Part shown: positions 1-10,151 of the stretch, in pieces
Layout: the number at the start of each line of letters is the position of its first letter
How positions within the stretch are numbered: the stretch's first letter is position 1
Notes under the pieces: generated by a model
Databases searched by the model: none
What the model was told of the DNA's origin: nothing
The model's input: the letters and a program-made list of their open reading frames with translations, nothing else
Translations under genes and position numbers: made by a program
Assembly: GCA_031291995.1 (NCBI GenBank)
Contig: JARLHZ010000030.1
Location: 1 to 62,454, forward strand
DNA: 62,454 nucleotides
From: Candidatus Doudnabacteria bacterium
Lineage (GTDB): Bacteria; Patescibacteriota; Doudnabacteria; UBA920
Reading direction: 5' to 3'

Positions 1-4
1 ACCA

Positions 5-286
5 GCCGACAACTATCGGTTTTGTATATTAATTAAGATTTGTATATTCGCGAATACTCGCGAATACTATTGTAAGTAATATACGAAACCGTCCACTGTA
101 AGTTATCTTTTCTATAACGCCATGCCGACAACTATCGGTTTCGTATATTAATTCAGATTTGTATATTAGCGAATACTATCGTTGGTAATATTCGAAACCG
201 TCCACTGTAAGTTATCTTTTCTATAACGCCATGCCGACAACTATCGGTTTTGTATATTAATTAAGATTTGTATATTCGCGAATAGT
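5..286. repeat. Tandem repeat, about 2.4 copies of a 109-119 bp unit (units start at 5, 124, 233) running into the pilD start codon
   Basis: gccgacaactatcggtt...ctataacgccat recurs at 5, 124 and 233. Each unit has an internal inverted repeat (cggttttgtatatt / aatatacgaaaccg). Confidence 0.85.
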
Positions 287-1090
287 ATGACAATGCTACT
301 TTCAGTTTTAATTTTTGTTTTTGGCGCTTGCGTGGGAAGTTTTTTAAATGTCGCGATTTTGCGCCTGCCATTGGGGCAAAAACTTAACGGACGGTCACAC
401 TGTCCGTCCTGCGGCAGGCAGCTTTTTTGGTGGGAACTTTTTCCGCTGGCCAGTTTTGTCCTGCTTGGCGGTAAGTGTTCTTCGTGTAAAATCAAAATAT
501 CATCAAGATATTTTATAATCGAACTTGTCGCGGCGCTGCTGTTTGCCGGAAGTTATTTATATTTAAGTCCGACGGGTTTAGCCGGGTACATAATGCTGGC
601 GAAATATTGGTTCGCCGCCGCGGTAATGATTGTGGTGTTTGTAGTGGATTTGGAACATTATTTAATTTTGGACCGGGTGGTCTTTCCGGCAGTTACCGTT
701 TTGGCTTTGTTTAATTTGGCTTTGGATTTTGTTCAACACCGCAATTTATGGTCGCTGTCCGCCGGCTTTAGCGGCGGACTTGTAGCCGCGGTTTTGGCGG
801 CTTTGCCCTTTTTCCTAATCTGGTATTTTTCAAAGGGTAAGTATATGGGATTTGGGGACATAAAAATGATTTTGCTTATGGGGATAATGCTTGGTTGGCC
901 GGTTGTTTTTGTATCGCTTTTTGTGGCTGTAATTTTAGGCGGCGTGGTGAGCGTATATTTGCTCATGGCGACCAGTAAAACAATGAAAAGCCAGCTGCCT
1001 TTTGGCACATTTTTGAGTTTATCCGCGGTTTTTTGCCTATTTTTTGGGGATAAGTTGCTGCTTTGGTATTTGTCATTTTTGGGGTTTTAG
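287..1090 (+). CDS. pilD: Prepilin peptidase (peptidase A24, PilD-like)
   Basis: N-terminal CPSCGRQL...CSSC zinc-ribbon-like motif followed by a polytopic membrane domain with GFGDIKM, typical of type IV prepilin peptidases. Sits directly upstream of pilin genes. Confidence 0.85.
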   Translation: MTMLLSVLIFVFGACVGSFLNVAILRLPLGQKLNGRSHCPSCGRQLFWWELFPLASFVLLGGKCSSCKIKISSRYFIIELVAALLFAGSYLYLSPTGLAGYIMLAKYWFAAAVMIVVFVVDLEHYLILDRVVFPAVTVLALFNLALDFVQHRNLWSLSAGFSGGLVAAVLAALPFFLIWYFSKGKYMGFGDIKMILLMGIMLGWPVVFVSLFVAVILGGVVSVYLLMATSKTMKSQLPFGTFLSLSAVFCLFFGDKLLLWYLSFLGF

Positions 1091-1107
1091 GGCATAATAA
1101 TAGGGAC

Positions 1108-1189
1108 AGATATTTGTTGATACTGGGATATTAGTTGATATTAATTGTCAGCCAATATCCATAAATATCAATCAATATCCCCAATATCT
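1108..1189. repeat. Intergenic word hairpin built from GATATT / AATATC words
   Basis: 5' arm agatatt..gggatatt..ttgatatt; 3' arm aatatcc..aaatatcaa..aatatcc..aatatct. Shares an exact 19-mer (1127-1145) with 30147-30165. Confidence 0.6.
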
Positions 1190-1211
1190 ATTTTTTAGAT
1201 TTGAAACCAAA

Positions 1212-1934
1212 ATGACAGACCTACAACCTACAAGCTACAAGTTACAAGCTCAACGCGGATTCACTTTGATTGAGCTGATGGTTGTAATTGTTATTATGGC
1301 GCTTTTGGCCAGCGTGCTGGTTTTAAATTTGGCCGGCCAGCGCGCCAAGCGCGACGTGCAAATTGCCGAAAACGAGCTGGTCAGCAACATCAGGCAGATT
1401 CAAAGCGGAACTCTTTCCGCCAAAGCCTTACCCGCGGCGCAGAGTGTGCAGTATTATATGTTGAAGTTTGATTTGGCCAAGCCCGGCCAATATACCATAC
1501 AGGCAGTGTATAATGTAGATACGGCTCCAAAACTGGCCGATATCCAAACCATATATTTGCCGCCCGACGTGGTAATTGCCAGCGCGACTCCCGGAGGGGC
1601 AGCCATATCCATTTCCCGCCAGCAAAATCCGGTTACCCAAATCCTGCCCTCAACTGACGGAAGCTGCGCGTTACTGGCTTATTCCGCTCCGTTCGCCAAG
1701 GTGCTTATGAGCAATACCTGCGTAATAGCCAACCCACCCTTAATTTCCAAGGGCGACGATTATTATTCCATGGTAAATTTTCAGACCAACCAGCTCTGCC
1801 TGGCAAGTGACGATCCCAGCGGTTGCAACCTCAGCGCGGATTCCACTATGACCATAACTTTAACCAATACGGACCATACTTATTTTAAAACAGTAACTGT
1901 AAGCGGCATTACGGGCGCGGTTAACTTTAATTGA
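1212..1934 (+). CDS. Type IV pilin-like protein (prepilin N-terminal cleavage/methylation domain)
   Basis: Class III signal QRG|FTLIELMVVIVIMALLA with Glu at +5. Confidence 0.85.
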   Translation: MTDLQPTSYKLQAQRGFTLIELMVVIVIMALLASVLVLNLAGQRAKRDVQIAENELVSNIRQIQSGTLSAKALPAAQSVQYYMLKFDLAKPGQYTIQAVYNVDTAPKLADIQTIYLPPDVVIASATPGGAAISISRQQNPVTQILPSTDGSCALLAYSAPFAKVLMSNTCVIANPPLISKGDDYYSMVNFQTNQLCLASDDPSGCNLSADSTMTITLTNTDHTYFKTVTVSGITGAVNFN

Positions 1935-1959
1935 ACCGTGGGTATAACCGCAGATATTA

Positions 1960-2040
1960 ACGCGGATCGATGACGCGGATCGATGACGCGGATATTCACG
2001 CGGATATTCACGCGGAAAAATAACGCGGAGCGCGCGCGGA
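1960..2040. repeat. Degenerate direct word array (ACGCGGAT words) between pilin genes
   Basis: acgcggatcgatg x2, acgcggatattc x2, acgcggaaaaata, acgcggagcgcgcgcgga, all in the same orientation. Confidence 0.8.
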
Positions 2041-2047
2041 ACTTCAT

Positions 2048-2860
2048 ATGAAGAATTTTGATTTAAAATTTAATTGGCGGAGAAAATCGGCCGGTTCCCA
2101 AAACGGGCAAACTTTAATTGAAACTATGGCGGCGCTGTTTATTTTGGTTATGGGCATAGCCGCGGCAACCGGTTTGGCGGTTTACGCCTTTGGCGCATCC
2201 ACCAATATTAACAAGCAAATAATCGCCACCGGTCTGGCCCGCGAAAGCCTGGAGGCTGTAAGGAATATGCGCGATACCAATTGGATGAATGACAGTCTGG
2301 TTAGCAACGGATGCTATAACTTCGCTTCTACTCCCATCGGTCAAATTACGTCGCCGTGTTACCAAAACTGGCTGGGACGAACGGGGAGCGCTCCTTTTAA
2401 TTGTATTTTTCCGGATAACAACAGCGGTAACAGTTGCTCCAACAACGGCGCGCCCTCAATGACTTATACTTTAGGAATGGTTGATCCCAGCACTTCAAGC
2501 GGGGTGTTGTGGTATTTGCAAAAACAAAAAACTACCCTTAATTACGGCATGTCTTTTAGCTCCACCACCCCAGTCACCGGGTTTTATACCCAGGACGGGA
2601 ATACCCCTTGCAACGGCAGCGGAGCAACACCCGCCGATTATTGCCGGAAAATAGTTATTACCAACTTTAGCAAGAATAACGGAAACGCAACAGGCCAATA
2701 CAGCCAATACGGGCTTGATGATAACCTGAGCCTGCTAGAAGTGCAATCGATGGTCTGGTGGGTGGATAAAAAATGCCCGCGCGCGGCTGATTTTGCCCAA
2801 GCCAGCCCGACCTGCCGCGTGGAGCTGGACACTTATTTGACTAATTGGAAAGACTTTTAA
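2048..2860 (+). CDS. Minor pilin / pseudopilin-like protein
   Basis: Class III signal NG|QTLIETMAALFILVMGIA with Glu at +5. Cys-rich C-terminal region. Confidence 0.75.
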   Translation: MKNFDLKFNWRRKSAGSQNGQTLIETMAALFILVMGIAAATGLAVYAFGASTNINKQIIATGLARESLEAVRNMRDTNWMNDSLVSNGCYNFASTPIGQITSPCYQNWLGRTGSAPFNCIFPDNNSGNSCSNNGAPSMTYTLGMVDPSTSSGVLWYLQKQKTTLNYGMSFSSTTPVTGFYTQDGNTPCNGSGATPADYCRKIVITNFSKNNGNATGQYSQYGLDDNLSLLEVQSMVWWVDKKCPRAADFAQASPTCRVELDTYLTNWKDF

Positions 2861-2861
2861 A

Positions 2862-2915
2862 CCGCGGATTTACACGCGGATCGATGACGCGGATATAGAC
2901 GCGGATCTAGATGCC
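2862..2915. repeat. 5' arm (ACGCGGAT words) of an inverted word repeat that brackets the GxxExxY ORF
   Basis: ccgcggat-ttac-acgcggatcg-atg-acgcggat-atag-acgcggatc matches the reverse complement of 3317-3368 word for word. Confidence 0.75.
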
Positions 2916-2932
2916 GATATTAACGCCGATCT

Positions 2933-4069
2933 ATGGATGAATTATTGTATAAAGACATAACGTACGATATCAGGGGGGCCTGCTTTTGGGTATGGAAAGA
3001 ATTTAGAGGAGCCTTTAAGGAATCGGTTATTGACAGAGCTTTGACGGTAGAACTGAAAAAGCGGGGCAGAATGGTTGAAGACCAAAAACGGCTTGATATT
3101 GAATATCAGGGCGTGAAGGTCGGTACATACATACCTGATAAAATAATTGATGATTCTGTTTTGGTTGAATTAAAGGCGAAAGAGTTTTTAACATCAGGGG
3201 ACATTGACCAATTTTGGAAATATCTAAAAGGCTCAAAATATAAAGTGGGCTTGTTGATTAATTTTGGTCCGAAGGGTTTGGAAATTAAACGCGTTGTGTA
3301 TGATTCGGCGCGTACCGTCCCCGATCCGCATCATGATCCGCGTAGCCGATCCGCATTAGTATCCGCGGAAAAGGGATTTACCCTAATGGAGATAATGGTG
3401 GCCACGGTCTTGTTTGCCATTGTTTTCAGTTCCATGCTCGGGCTGTTTAATTACGTGCTGAAAATTAACCGGCGCACCGAAGCGCTCAGGCAGGCCTCGC
3501 AGGGAGCGAGGGATTTTGTGGAATTTTTGGCCAAGGAAATCCGCAACGGGCAAATAGATTATTATGTTTCCACCGGCGCATATACCGGGAAGATAAACAG
3601 CAGTTCAAGCGTGCCTTGTGGTCCGGCTGGTAACGTTGGTGACACTGTTAAACCTACTGACTTGCCGACTTACGGATTGGAAGACAATAAGCTTGGAATT
3701 ATTAATACCGACAATGTCCAGGAATGTTTTTATTACGGCAAAGCCGACGGCAGTTATGTAGATACCGTAGGGGGCTTACCAAGCACGTTTGCCTATCCGG
3801 GAGGAACCCTGGTCATACAAAAGAGGGATGTTACCGGCGCGCAGATTTTAAATCCGTCAAATTTCCAAATTAACCAGCTGATGTTTTTAATCCGGCCGGT
3901 TTGCGACCCTCACTCTGCGTCATCATGCACAGCTTATCCGACAGGTTACCCGAAAATCCAGCCGTCCGTGGTAATCCTTATCAATTTTACCGTTAAACTT
4001 CCCACCGGCGAGACCGCCCAGCTTTATTACCAAACTTCGGTGTCTTCAAATAAATATGATATACCGTAG
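2933..4069 (+). CDS. In-frame fusion of a GxxExxY / PDDEXK_3-like domain (aa 1-~125) to a prepilin-like protein (class III signal at aa ~154)
   Basis: N-terminal half has YKDITYDIRGACFWVWKEF...VLVELKAKE...VGLLINFGPKGLEIKRVVYD, the GxxExxY family pattern. It is followed by AEKG|FTLMEIMVATVLFAIVF with Glu at +5. No stop codon lies between the two halves. Confidence 0.7.
   Translation: MDELLYKDITYDIRGACFWVWKEFRGAFKESVIDRALTVELKKRGRMVEDQKRLDIEYQGVKVGTYIPDKIIDDSVLVELKAKEFLTSGDIDQFWKYLKGSKYKVGLLINFGPKGLEIKRVVYDSARTVPDPHHDPRSRSALVSAEKGFTLMEIMVATVLFAIVFSSMLGLFNYVLKINRRTEALRQASQGARDFVEFLAKEIRNGQIDYYVSTGAYTGKINSSSSVPCGPAGNVGDTVKPTDLPTYGLEDNKLGIINTDNVQECFYYGKADGSYVDTVGGLPSTFAYPGGTLVIQKRDVTGAQILNPSNFQINQLMFLIRPVCDPHSASSCTAYPTGYPKIQPSVVILINFTVKLPTGETAQLYYQTSVSSNKYDIP
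3317..3368. repeat. 3' arm (ATCCGCG words) of the inverted word repeat; it encodes the linker of the fusion ORF
   Basis: gtccccgatccgcatcatgatccgcgtagccgatccgcattagtatccgcgg is the reverse complement of the 2862-2915 words. Confidence 0.75.
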
Positions 4070-6266
4070 AATTTTAAATTTTCCCGCCAAAGGCGGGTCC
4101 GCCTTTGGCGGAAAATTACAAATTTTAAATTCCCAGCAGGGTGTGACCATGCTTCTGGCGATTTTGGTGTTGTCGGCGCTGTTGGCAATTAGTTTCAGTT
4201 TGGCGACCGTGTTATTGGTGGAAGTTAAATCTTCCGGCGATTTGACCAGAAGCGAAGCGGCTCTGTATGCGTCTACCGGCGTCAGCGAACAGGCAGCTTT
4301 TAACATTATGAGGCAGGTGCCGTGCACCGGAAATTGCGCTTATATTACCAATTTTTCCAATTACGCCACTCTTAATGGACAGCCAATTATCAGTTCTACT
4401 TCCACGCCGACATTCCAGGATAAAGTCGGCCAGAATTCCAGTTTTACTACGGGTTCAAAAGTTTATAATTTTTGCCCGACCACGCAAATTGGCAATGTCG
4501 GTGGAAATAGCGGATGTGGATACGGGAAAGTCACTTTATCTTATTTACCGACAGGAAATACAAACCCGCTTGATGTTTATTTATGCGAATATGACCCAAC
4601 AATAGACCCGATAGAAAATTATGGCAGCCTTCCATGTTCCGATCCTAATCAGCACATCACATATAATACGCCAAGATCTTATTGGTTGTCCACCGAAAAT
4701 GGCGCACCGTCGGACGGAGCAGGGGGAGTGTATGTATATGCAACCAGCCCCGCAGCTTATACAACCTGGTCCTTAACGCCAGGGTACCAGCAGGAGTTGA
4801 TAGTTTTTGATCCCAGTGAGACAGGGCCGATTTATTATTCGGTTGAAACTTTTGGTGCCGACGGCACAACGCCTTTAGGTTTACCTTATGCGGGGCAGAC
4901 TTCCGTTACTGTTAATTCAAAAAACGGCGACGTGGCCAGGAAACTGCAAGTACTCGTGCCAAATTCCGTAATTATTGCCGGCGGCCCTATTCCGACACCT
5001 ACGCCAACCCCGACTCCGGGGCCAACACCAACACCTACCCCGCCTACAATTCAACCTCCAACTTTTGCCAAAATATTTAGTCCCAGCTCTTCTATAATAT
5101 TGGGCTCACAGACAACGTTGACGTTCACAATAACCAATCCAAACGGTTCTTCCGCCTTAACCGGGTTGAGTTTCACGGATAGCTTTCCCACTGCATTGTC
5201 AGTGGCTAGTCCAAACGGTTTAACAAATACTTGTGGAGGGACTCCCATCATTACTTCCACAAAAATAACTTTTACCGGCGGCAGCGTGGCTGCGTCAGGC
5301 TCCTGTAGTTTGTCGGTAAATGTGGTGGGCACAGATCCTACGGTTGGAGGAGTTACAAATACTACGAACGTCATAACTTACAATGAAGGAACCGGTGGCA
5401 GTACTGCTAGCGCTCTATTTACCGTAAGTAACCCTTCTGTTCCTAGTTTTGCGGGAGCAGGTTTCTCGGGCGGAGTTTTGGCTTCTTCTGGTAATAAAAT
5501 TGAATTATTCAACGGCAGTGGAACACGTGTGTATTCAAGTACGCTTGCCGGGAGACTTCGTGTGGCTTCCGGCATTGGCTTTGGGGGTAGTTTTGGTTTA
5601 GGTTTTATTGCTGACCCCGGTCTGAATCGTTTATTTATGTTCACGCCAGCCGACGGAAATATGTATACTACTAGTTCCTTCGGTTCCTCAGGTACCGGTA
5701 ATGGGCAGTTTATAGCCCCCTCCGGTGTGGCTGGTTTTTCCACAGGTATTTATGTTGTTGATTCCGGTAATAACAGAGTAGAGAAATTTAGCGTGCCAAG
5801 TGGCACCATTGTTTACCAATCACAATTCGGAGGCACTGGTTCAGGAAATGGAAAGTTTAATCATCCTACTGGGATAGTAACAGATAGTACTGGTGCGAAT
5901 GTTTATGTAGTCGATACCGGCAATAACCGAGTGGAGATATTTAATTCATCCGGCGTATTATACCAATCTCAGTTCGGCGGCTCCGGTTCAGGAAACGGAA
6001 AGTTTAATAATCCTACAGGGATTATGATTGGCAACTCCGGTATTTATGTAGTCGATACCGGCAATAACCGAGTGGAGAAATTTAATTCATCCGGCGTATA
6101 CCAATCTCAGTTCGGCGGCTCCGGTTCAGGAAACGGAAAGTTTAATGGCCCTAATGGGATATCAATAGATACGATAGCGCAAAGAATTTATGTTAACGAT
6201 GTTGGTAATAACCGCGTGCAAGTATTTAACTATTCGGGCGTATGGATAGCGAATTTCGGATTATAA
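4056..6266 (+). CDS. Large pilus-associated surface protein: N-terminal PilX-like hydrophobic segment, Pro-Thr linker, beta-sandwich region and a six-repeat NHL beta-propeller
   Basis: QQGVTMLLAILVLSALLAISF; PIPTPTPTPTPGPTPTPTPP; six repeats of GSGNGKFNxPxGI..(I)YVVDTGNNRVEKF. The alternative start is the ATG at 4149. Confidence 0.7.
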   Translation: MIYRRILNFPAKGGSAFGGKLQILNSQQGVTMLLAILVLSALLAISFSLATVLLVEVKSSGDLTRSEAALYASTGVSEQAAFNIMRQVPCTGNCAYITNFSNYATLNGQPIISSTSTPTFQDKVGQNSSFTTGSKVYNFCPTTQIGNVGGNSGCGYGKVTLSYLPTGNTNPLDVYLCEYDPTIDPIENYGSLPCSDPNQHITYNTPRSYWLSTENGAPSDGAGGVYVYATSPAAYTTWSLTPGYQQELIVFDPSETGPIYYSVETFGADGTTPLGLPYAGQTSVTVNSKNGDVARKLQVLVPNSVIIAGGPIPTPTPTPTPGPTPTPTPPTIQPPTFAKIFSPSSSIILGSQTTLTFTITNPNGSSALTGLSFTDSFPTALSVASPNGLTNTCGGTPIITSTKITFTGGSVAASGSCSLSVNVVGTDPTVGGVTNTTNVITYNEGTGGSTASALFTVSNPSVPSFAGAGFSGGVLASSGNKIELFNGSGTRVYSSTLAGRLRVASGIGFGGSFGLGFIADPGLNRLFMFTPADGNMYTTSSFGSSGTGNGQFIAPSGVAGFSTGIYVVDSGNNRVEKFSVPSGTIVYQSQFGGTGSGNGKFNHPTGIVTDSTGANVYVVDTGNNRVEIFNSSGVLYQSQFGGSGSGNGKFNNPTGIMIGNSGIYVVDTGNNRVEKFNSSGVYQSQFGGSGSGNGKFNGPNGISIDTIAQRIYVNDVGNNRVQVFNYSGVWIANFGL
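4070..4131. repeat. 37-nt palindrome flanked by 11-bp direct repeats (aattttaaatt) at a gene junction
   Basis: aattttaaatt|ttcccgccaaaggcgggtccgcctttggcggaaaatt|ac|aattttaaatt, starting right after the TAG at 4067-4069. Confidence 0.7.
5902..6146 (+). repeat. Near-identical 104/107-nt intragenic direct repeats in the NHL region (5902-6008 and 6043-6146)
   Basis: tttatgtagtcgataccggcaataaccgagtggaga.atttaattcatccggcgta...ggaaacggaaagtttaat occurs twice, differing by one substitution and one 3-nt indel. Confidence 0.85.
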
Positions 6267-6299
6267 GTTTTTATCGCCACCCAATAATCGAGACTAAAA

Positions 6300-6324
6300 A
6301 AATCCCTTCAATTTGAAGGGATTT
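6300..6324. terminator. Bidirectional hairpin terminator between convergent genes
   Basis: aaatcccttca-att-tgaagggattt with an A-run upstream and T-rich sequence downstream. Confidence 0.7.
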
Positions 6325-6340
6325 AAATTACGGAAAATTA

Positions 6341-6751
6341 CTAGTTTTGCTGTTTCGGGATGTTCAGGGTTTGGCCGGCTTTTAGGATGAAGGGGCTTTT
6401 GAGGTTGTTTAGGGTGGCGAGGGTGTTCCAGCTAATGTTGTATTTTTGGCTTATATCGAACAGGGTGTCGCCTTTTTGAACGGTGTAGCTGACAAATTGA
6501 ACCTGAGTTTGACCTGCGGCGGGTTGGTTGGAATCACTGGCACCCAAAACTTGCGGATTTTGTCCGTTGTTCGAGGTATGATTTTTACTGCCAATTACCA
6601 GCCGGACGGCGTTGGCCGTTAGTATAACCGCGGCTACCAGGCACAAAATGGCGGCTATTTTTAAAATTTGATTTTGGGTACTGCCCCGGCCGACGCCTAA
6701 GCGCAAGCGGGGAGAGAGCTCAAATTTTTTATTGCCAAAGGCCATAAGCAA
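6341..6751 (-). CDS. LysM domain protein with N-terminal membrane anchor
   Basis: YTVQKGDTLFDISQKYNISWNTLATLNNLKSPFILKAGQTLNIP is a LysM motif. TTG at 6751; first ATG at 6745. Confidence 0.75.
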   Translation of the reverse strand: MLMAFGNKKFELSPRLRLGVGRGSTQNQILKIAAILCLVAAVILTANAVRLVIGSKNHTSNNGQNPQVLGASDSNQPAAGQTQVQFVSYTVQKGDTLFDISQKYNISWNTLATLNNLKSPFILKAGQTLNIPKQQN

Positions 6752-6956
6752 TTATGTCAAAAATTCCCGGGCTGCCGACGAACCGATTTTGTTTCTACAG
6801 ATAAGTCTAATCTACCTTAATTTTAGCATAGTATGGTCAAATTTGTTCTGTGGATAAACCCTATAACGGGTTCAACGGCCGGGAAAATTAATGACAGAGA
6901 ATCCTTACGACATGAGGTTATCAAGATAAACCGAAAATGCTATAATTATAGGGTAA

Positions 6957-9572
<2,616 letters not shown>

Positions 9573-9583
<11 letters not shown>

Positions 9584-9674
9584 TATTTTATCCAAAGAAG
9601 ACCGGGAGGACTTAAACGTGCGCCGCAAAGGCATTTTTGACCGCCGTAACTTTACTCCTTATGACCCGTGTTAA
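9573..9674 (+). pseudogene. Truncated copy of the 5' end of the Kir-like channel gene (33 codons)
   Basis: MANNILSKEDREDLNVRRKGIFDRRNFTPYDPC* parallels QEDLG...NVHRKGVFDRGNFSPYHAV of 11265..12185. Confidence 0.6.
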
Positions 9675-9720
9675 GAGTGTCTTAGCGGCGGTTTGACTTG
9701 GACACTTTGGGTCTCCCGAC

Positions 9721-10040
9721 AAATTTTGGAAGCCTGTTTGGAAGAAACCGGTAATTATAGAGATTATCGGCCCGGCAGTTTCCCAAAGCGCCCATGATTA
9801 TTTCCGGCACAAAGAAAGCTTAAAATTTATTGGCAAAACGTTTGTTATAATGGGAGCTTTAAATTCTATATGCCACAACGAAGCCAAAACTAGAATAAAA
9901 CCCCGCGGCGACAAAATAACGGGAAGCGTGTGCAATCCGACATTATATTTGGCCGTGGGAAAAGAGCCTGGTTCAAAATATGATAAAGCGGTGAAGTTGG
10001 ACATGGAAATTTTGGTAATTTTCAATCGGGTGCAAGTGGC
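9721..10040 (+). pseudogene. Degraded copy of the ligA 3' end (HhH/BRCT region)
   Basis: 9958-10016 matches ligA 8961-9018 with about 3 mismatches. 9721-9900 aligns to ligA 8641-8900 with deletions. ORF 9850..10059 translates ...[20 protein letters not shown]. Confidence 0.8.
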
Positions 10041-10151
10041 GTATAATTTTCGAATTTGATAAGCTTGAGGTCGTGTATTTCCATTCTGTGGGAAACTATG
10101 ACATATATCAGTAGGTCTCTTCTCGCTGCTTAAAGCCGGTTTTAACGCTCC

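Noticed and set aside
1960-2040. Possible CRISPR arrays: the word arrays at 1960-2040, 12749-12780, 44429-44471 and 59741-59817
   Set aside because: Their periods are only 7-13 nt, there are no unique 25-40 nt spacers between constant repeats, and there are no cas genes in the window.
5051-5743. Antisense ORFs 5051..5374 and 5378..5743. Similar shadow ORFs are 7430..7846, 30341..30871, 35021..35548, 42534..43112, 49266..49799, 50052..50597, 54964..55638 and 61006..61383.
   Set aside because: Each lies fully within a well-supported gene on the other strand or in another frame. Their compositions are low-complexity (R/P/G-rich), typical of shadow frames.
4991-6266. A diversity-generating retroelement target in the repeat-rich C-terminus of the NHL protein
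   Set aside because: There is no reverse transcriptase, template repeat or adenine-specific mismatch pattern in the window. The repeats are ordinary NHL blades.
9850-10059. A 69-aa ORF annotated by the track
   Set aside because: It is the translated remnant of the ligA BRCT region (a pseudogene fragment), not an independent gene.
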